Of a stretch of 64,000 bases of DNA, positions 59,465 through 64,000 are shown in pieces. Position 1 is the first letter of the stretch; every line of letters starts with the position of its first letter. Source of the DNA: Diplonema japonicum (Eukaryota; Protista; Euglenozoa: Diplonemea); the NCBI GenBank assembly GCA_964019335.1, contig OZ025745.1, positions 248,001-312,000 of the forward strand, written 5' to 3'. The translations under genes were made by a program, and so were the position numbers. The notes under the pieces are model-generated. The model worked only from the letters and a program-made list of their open reading frames with translations. It was not told the origin of the DNA and made no database searches.

Positions 59465-60084
59465 ATACATGGCTTTTTCCTTGTCCATCACGGAGTAGCG
59501 TCTTTCTTGTTCCGCTTTGTCGCCTTCCTGGTATGAATAAGAAGATTTTTTTTTTTTCTTTTTTTGTTTTCTAATACACACCGTGATGGCCCTCACGAGA
59601 TTGGGGTCTGTCACATCTGCGGACTTGATCTCTATCATGATGGACCATGCGGATCGGTCCTTCGGCAGTTTTGCGTCGTCGGTCATTTCGTGCAGGACAT
59701 GCCACGCGCCTTTTAAGATTTTTTTTTTTAAAATTATTATTATTGTTTTGTTTTGTGTTGTGTACCGTCTTTCTCGATGGATCCTTCAAGGAGCCAGTGC
59801 TTGGGGTCCGTGTTCGGATCGTCGCACGAGGTGCGCATCCTGTACCCCATGAGTGCCGCGGGTTCCTGCAGTTCCAGGATCACGGGGCGGTGTTTCTCAT
59901 CTCTCCATGCCGTGCTCGCTTTGCTGTCAATGATGTGCTCTGGCTTGATCTGAGGGGGGGGGGGTGTTGTTGCGGGGAAGGGGGGGAAAAAGTACGCTAC
60001 CGAGCTGCTCCATGTGTTGCACCATGCGTCCCTGAACTTGGCCTCTGTGCCGTCGAGTTGCATGAGCTGGGAATTTTTTTTAAA

Positions 60085-60135
<51 letters not shown>

Positions 60136-60382
60136 CCTGAATCCCAGAGACCGCAGGCTTAGTCAGCGCATTGTTGTCACGGGTTTCCCTCACTGTCAGT
60201 CGGATGTACTGAACAATGTCCACGTCTCCCACCTTTTTTTTTTTTTTTTTTTTTTTTTTGAAATTGTTTTTTTTTTTTTTTTTTTTTAAACACACCTGGT
60301 CTATAAGTTCTTTCTCCTCAATGCACAGGTCCTCATATTTCCTTCTCAGCTCTGCTACCTCCTGCTCTGGTTCCAACTCCAT
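58337..60382 (-). CDS. Discoidin/F5-8 type C-like domain plus coiled-coil protein, 7 exons
   Basis: GYRMRTSCDDPNTDPKHWLLEGS...WHVLH motif. Introns 60233-60295, 60067-60136, 59950-60000, 59710-59765, 59528-59581 and 59427-59468 join three separate ORFs in frame. Confidence 0.78.
59427..59468 (-). other. Minimal poly(A) intron: GTATGC-A35-G
   Basis: Removal converts [18 protein letters not shown] to AMEL; GT and AG boundaries present. Confidence 0.75.
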
Positions 60383-61299
60383 GTATTGAAATGGCCCCTG
60401 TCCCCCTTTTTTTTTCTCTTTTTTTTTTTCCAAGACGCATAGAGGGAGGGGGGGACATGACGACGAAGAAAAAAAAAAAAAGCGGGTGGGGGAGATGCGG
60501 AGACTAACAAAAAGCGGCAAACGGAAAGGGGGGGGAGTGAACAAAAAAATCATGACCTGTTATCTTTTCTTTTTTCCCCTCCCCAATTTTACTCAATTTT
60601 AATTTTACTTCATTCACACTACCATTCCAGAAAATTCAATTTCTCCGACATATGTCGGGTTGGACGTGCCGCTGGGGTAAGAAGCGCGTACCTCATACAA
60701 AAAAAAAAAAAAAAAAAAAAATTGCCGGGCAAACTCCCTGAGGAATATCTTCTTTGTTGTATTTCTTTTTTAAACCCCCCCGGCAAGGGGGAAAAGCTTC
60801 ACCCTTTCCCCGTTGGCAGGGTGCCCCCCCCCCCCCCCCCCCCCCCCTCTATTCTCCACTGACTGAAAAGCTATAAAGAGAATTTTTGATGCCGGAGTCC
60901 GGCATTTTTTTTGTTTTACAGCAGCTTTTTTTCTTCTGTTTAGGATGCGGACGAGGTACTTTTAAAAGGGGGGGGAGAAGAGAGCAAAAGGGCTGATGGC
61001 GATCAAAGTAAAAAAATGGGGGGGGGACGCTCTTTCTTACAAGGGCCTCTTCGAACATTCGACCTATGACACGCAGCGCAAACCCATGGATTGGGTGAGA
61101 GTGTTCTCTTTGAGGAACCAGGCTTATCTACACCACTGAAAAGAGTCTCCCGTTTGTTTCCTAAAAGAGGAAAAAAAAAAAGAGGGGAAAAAAAAAACCT
61201 TTTCTTCTCTCTTAGAAGGTCCTGGTTTTTCTTCTACATAAAAGAAGCAACTCTCTTCTCCTCTTTGTCCACTCCAAAAGAACTGATATTTATCAGTGT

Positions 61300-61331
<32 letters not shown>

Positions 61332-61837
61332 AGGAAAAAAAAAAGGACAAAGAATTTCTTTTTCATTAATTTGTGTTGTCCCCCCCACCCCGTATTTTGC
61401 CCATCTTAAGATAAGGTGATCAATCTCAAAAAAAAAAAAAACTCGTTTTTCTTTTCTCTCTTTTTTTCTTTTTTTTTCTTTTTTTTTTTTTTTTTGCTTA
61501 TGGTCAGCAGTTATCTCGTTGTTGAAAATGGAAAAGAAAAAAATATAAAAAAAAAAGGGGGAGCGAAATAAAATTTAAAAAGAAAAAGAGAAAAAAGGGG
61601 GGGGGGGGGCGGGGACCCCCTCTTGTTTGCGTTAAGAAACCTTAACTCACAAAAAAAAGTTTTTTTTTTGTTGCCCCCTTTCCTCTTGAGGGGATAGAGG
61701 GAAGGGGTCCGCCCGACGGGGAAAGAATTAAAAAAAAAAAAAGAACAAAAAAAAAAAAAAACTAGACAATTTAATTTTTAGGGCGCTTTTTTTTTTTTTT
61801 TTTCTCTCTTCTTTTTTTTCTTCTGTCTTCCATATAT

Positions 61838-64000
61838 TCACTTTGAAGTACGGATATACTTCCTCCCCTTCACCAAAATGAGAACTGCAACGATACCAAT
61901 AGCAAGCAGCTGCCACGGGAACGGCTCGGGTTGCATGTTCCTCCGGATGCGATTGGCCGCCTTCTCCTCATTGGTGAGCCTTCTCAAGTGGGTCTTATCA
62001 CCATTGTCGTCGCTTTCGCAGAACTCTGGGAAGTCCGGACAGCAGTCGTTTCGCTGACGGCACCCAACACTGCAAGAGCAACCTTTGCACGCGGCTGTTG
62101 TCCCACAACTGTCTGCACACGTGCAGGTTTCTAGAGTAGCAACGCCACCGCAGGATGCGACCTTATCATGGCAACAACTGTTGTCGAGAGCGCAGAACTG
62201 TTGGCAGCTGCACGAGAATGCTGTTAGTTCAGAGCATGCACCGGAGCACTGGGGAACGGCCTTGGGGCCTGTTGTCTTAAATGGAGTAGGTGAGCTGCCA
62301 GCAGAGCTCTTCTCGTCGTCATCCGACGGCGCCCCGCAGTCCGCCTCCACGGTGTCACAGCACCTAGAGCATTCAATGGGGTCTATCTGTTCTGGAGGCA
62401 GGACCCCACACATGCGGCACTCCATAGAACATGAGCATCCACATGTCGGGTGCACCTTCTTCCCGCAGTGTTCTGTTTCACACTTGCAGTCTGTGTTCAT
62501 TTCCAAGCATGCGCCGTAGTCGTGGCAGCAAGGGATCCCTTCGCCTCCGTTTTCCATGCACGTTGATGAACATGAACACTGGCAGCCGAACGTGGACTCT
62601 TCCCCTTCGTTGCACCTGCTCGCGCACATGCATTCTTCTTCCTCTCTGTTGGAGGTGCACTGGGCGGCGTATTCATCTGAGGTGGGCGCGCAGCACACTT
62701 CACCAAAATCGCCCCCGAAGATGCACACGCTGTTGTCGCACGTGCAGCCGCATTTTTCAACGTCCTTTGAAGGCAGGTTTTCAGCGCAGTGGCCTTCGCA
62801 TGTCGGCTTGCATGTTTCTGCTTCGTCTTTGATGCAGCATGCGTCTTTCATGTCCCACCTGTAAGGTTGGGTGGACACAGGCCACACATCTGAGATAGCA
62901 GCGTGGAGTTTGCTGCAGCTTCCTAATGCACCACATTTCAATCCTTTGCCGCAAGTGTTGCTTTCGGAGCAGTCACCGTCACCTTCACCGAGCTCCCCGC
63001 CGCAGTTGTCCCTCCCAAGGCACATGCCCTTGCAGACACCGGCTTTGCATGTGTCGTGCTGTGTCAGGATGTTGTTGTCGTCGCAGAGCGTGCCGTCGTC
63101 CAACGGTACATGGGTGCACTTCCCGTCTTCGCACTTCGGTGCCTTGCATGGCGTTGCAGTGCAAGGTTCCCCACCGCACTGCAAGCTCCCCAAACATATG
63201 CCTGCTATGCACATATCTTCTGTTGTTTCATCGCTGCCGTCATCACAGGACTTGCGGTCGGGTTTGTTGATGTAGCTGCAGAGGCCGGCCTTGGGGCTGG
63301 GGGGTTCGATGCATGATCCTAATTCGCGGCACTGTCCGTGGTTGTCGCAGGACAGCCCGTCGCACGGGGACACCCCCCTGCACGTACCCGCTTTGCACAT
63401 GTCGTTGAAGGTAGCTGGGTTGCCGTCATCACACAGCGTGTCGTCTATCCTGTTCTCTTTCACGCACTTCTTCTTGCCGTCGATCTCGATGCAGAGAGGC
63501 CACTCGCATTGCGGTGCTGTGCACACCTCTTCACCGCAAGGGACGCGGACGTCGCAGAAATCCCAGTCGTTCTTCTCCGGCCCGGTGCGGCACCAGATGC
63601 TCCGTCTGCCATTCGCGTTCCTGCAGTAGTTTTTTCCAGCACGCACCCCGAACCCAGGGATGCTGGCATTCCAGTTGATGCACGCCTTTCCGGTTTGTGT
63701 TATGTTGGTGCATCCCCTGTAGTCCATGCCGTCCTTCGATTTTGGCTTCGGTGGCGAGGCAACGCAGTAGTTGGTGACAGTGACCTGGCGGGGTGGAGGA
63801 GGTGGTGGTGTCTCGTCTTGATTTTGGGATTCGTCAGTAGCGGGTTTGGATTCGTCAGTAGCGGGTTTGGATTCGTCAGTAGCGGGTTTGGATTCGTCAG
63901 TAGCGGGTTTGGATTCGTCAGTAGCGGGTTTGGATTCGTCAGTAGCGGGTTTGGATTCGTCAGTAGCGGGTTTGGATTCGTCAGTAGCGGGTTTGGATTC
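61838..64000 (-). CDS. Cys-rich type I membrane protein (kringle, CDDGN repeats, somatomedin-B-like modules); 5' end outside the window
   Basis: YRGCTNITQTGKACINW...NYCRNANG...WC...WDFCDV kringle; CDDGNPATFNDMC repeats; CSC...C...CC modules; C-terminal TM (LLAIGIVAVLILV). Frame stays open to the window edge. Confidence 0.88.
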   Translation of the reverse strand, partial: ESKPATDESKPATDESKPATDESKPATDESKPATDESKPATDESKPATDESKPATDESQNQDETPPPPPPRQVTVTNYCVASPPKPKSKDGMDYRGCTNITQTGKACINWNASIPGFGVRAGKNYCRNANGRRSIWCRTGPEKNDWDFCDVRVPCGEEVCTAPQCEWPLCIEIDGKKKCVKENRIDDTLCDDGNPATFNDMCKAGTCRGVSPCDGLSCDNHGQCRELGSCIEPPSPKAGLCSYINKPDRKSCDDGSDETTEDMCIAGICLGSLQCGGEPCTATPCKAPKCEDGKCTHVPLDDGTLCDDNNILTQHDTCKAGVCKGMCLGRDNCGGELGEGDGDCSESNTCGKGLKCGALGSCSKLHAAISDVWPVSTQPYRWDMKDACCIKDEAETCKPTCEGHCAENLPSKDVEKCGCTCDNSVCIFGGDFGEVCCAPTSDEYAAQCTSNREEEECMCASRCNEGEESTFGCQCSCSSTCMENGGEGIPCCHDYGACLEMNTDCKCETEHCGKKVHPTCGCSCSMECRMCGVLPPEQIDPIECSRCCDTVEADCGAPSDDDEKSSAGSSPTPFKTTGPKAVPQCSGACSELTAFSCSCQQFCALDNSCCHDKVASCGGVATLETCTCADSCGTTAACKGCSCSVGCRQRNDCCPDFPEFCESDDNGDKTHLRRLTNEEKAANRIRRNMQPEPFPWQLLAIGIVAVLILVKGRKYIRTSK
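63828..64000 (-). repeat. 21-bp perfect tandem repeat encoding ESKPATD
   Basis: (GGATTCGTCAGTAGCGGGTTT)n, at least 8 units, runs off the window and is in frame with the kringle protein. Confidence 0.95.

Noticed and set aside
63828-64000. CRISPR array
   Set aside because: Contiguous identical repeats with no spacers, in frame within a eukaryotic CDS.
1-64000. tRNA, rRNA or SL RNA genes
   Set aside because: No cloverleaf, rRNA-like or spliced-leader sequence recognised by eye; a tRNAscan/Infernal run would be needed to exclude them.

Overview
This is eukaryotic nuclear DNA, most likely from a euglenozoan protist (diplonemid-like; inferred, not proven). All 21 supportable protein genes lie head-to-tail on the minus strand, consistent with one polycistronic, SL-trans-spliced unit. 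They are separated by homopolymer-rich spacers and interrupted by about 28 short GT-AG introns (mostly 37-70 nt), many filled with poly(A) rather than a polypyrimidine tract. Genes: chorismate synthase; methionyl-tRNA synthetase (spliced, with an unusual lipocalin-like tail); a CotH-kinase/beta-helix membrane protein; DPH3; CCCH, RRM and PUF RNA-binding proteins; PFK2/FBPase2; an AlkB-like dioxygenase; an IQ-motif protein; ATG3; a SAM-domain O-fucosyltransferase-like protein; a TPR protein; an aegerolysin-like/DnaJ protein; a discoidin/coiled-coil protein; a kringle/Cys-rich receptor; and several hypotheticals. The strongest novelty is a vault-PARP (PARP4-like BRCT-PARP-VIT-vWA) that a 58-nt intron splices in frame to an Hsp70 linker, RRM, Hsp70 substrate-binding domain and terminal EEVD. 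Mobile DNA includes a TTAA-flanked piggyBac-like MITE, a decayed pogo-like transposon with a cognate MITE, other inverted-repeat elements, and an intronic SIDER/HDV-ribozyme-like segment. All domain calls were made by eye from motifs; no database searches were run.
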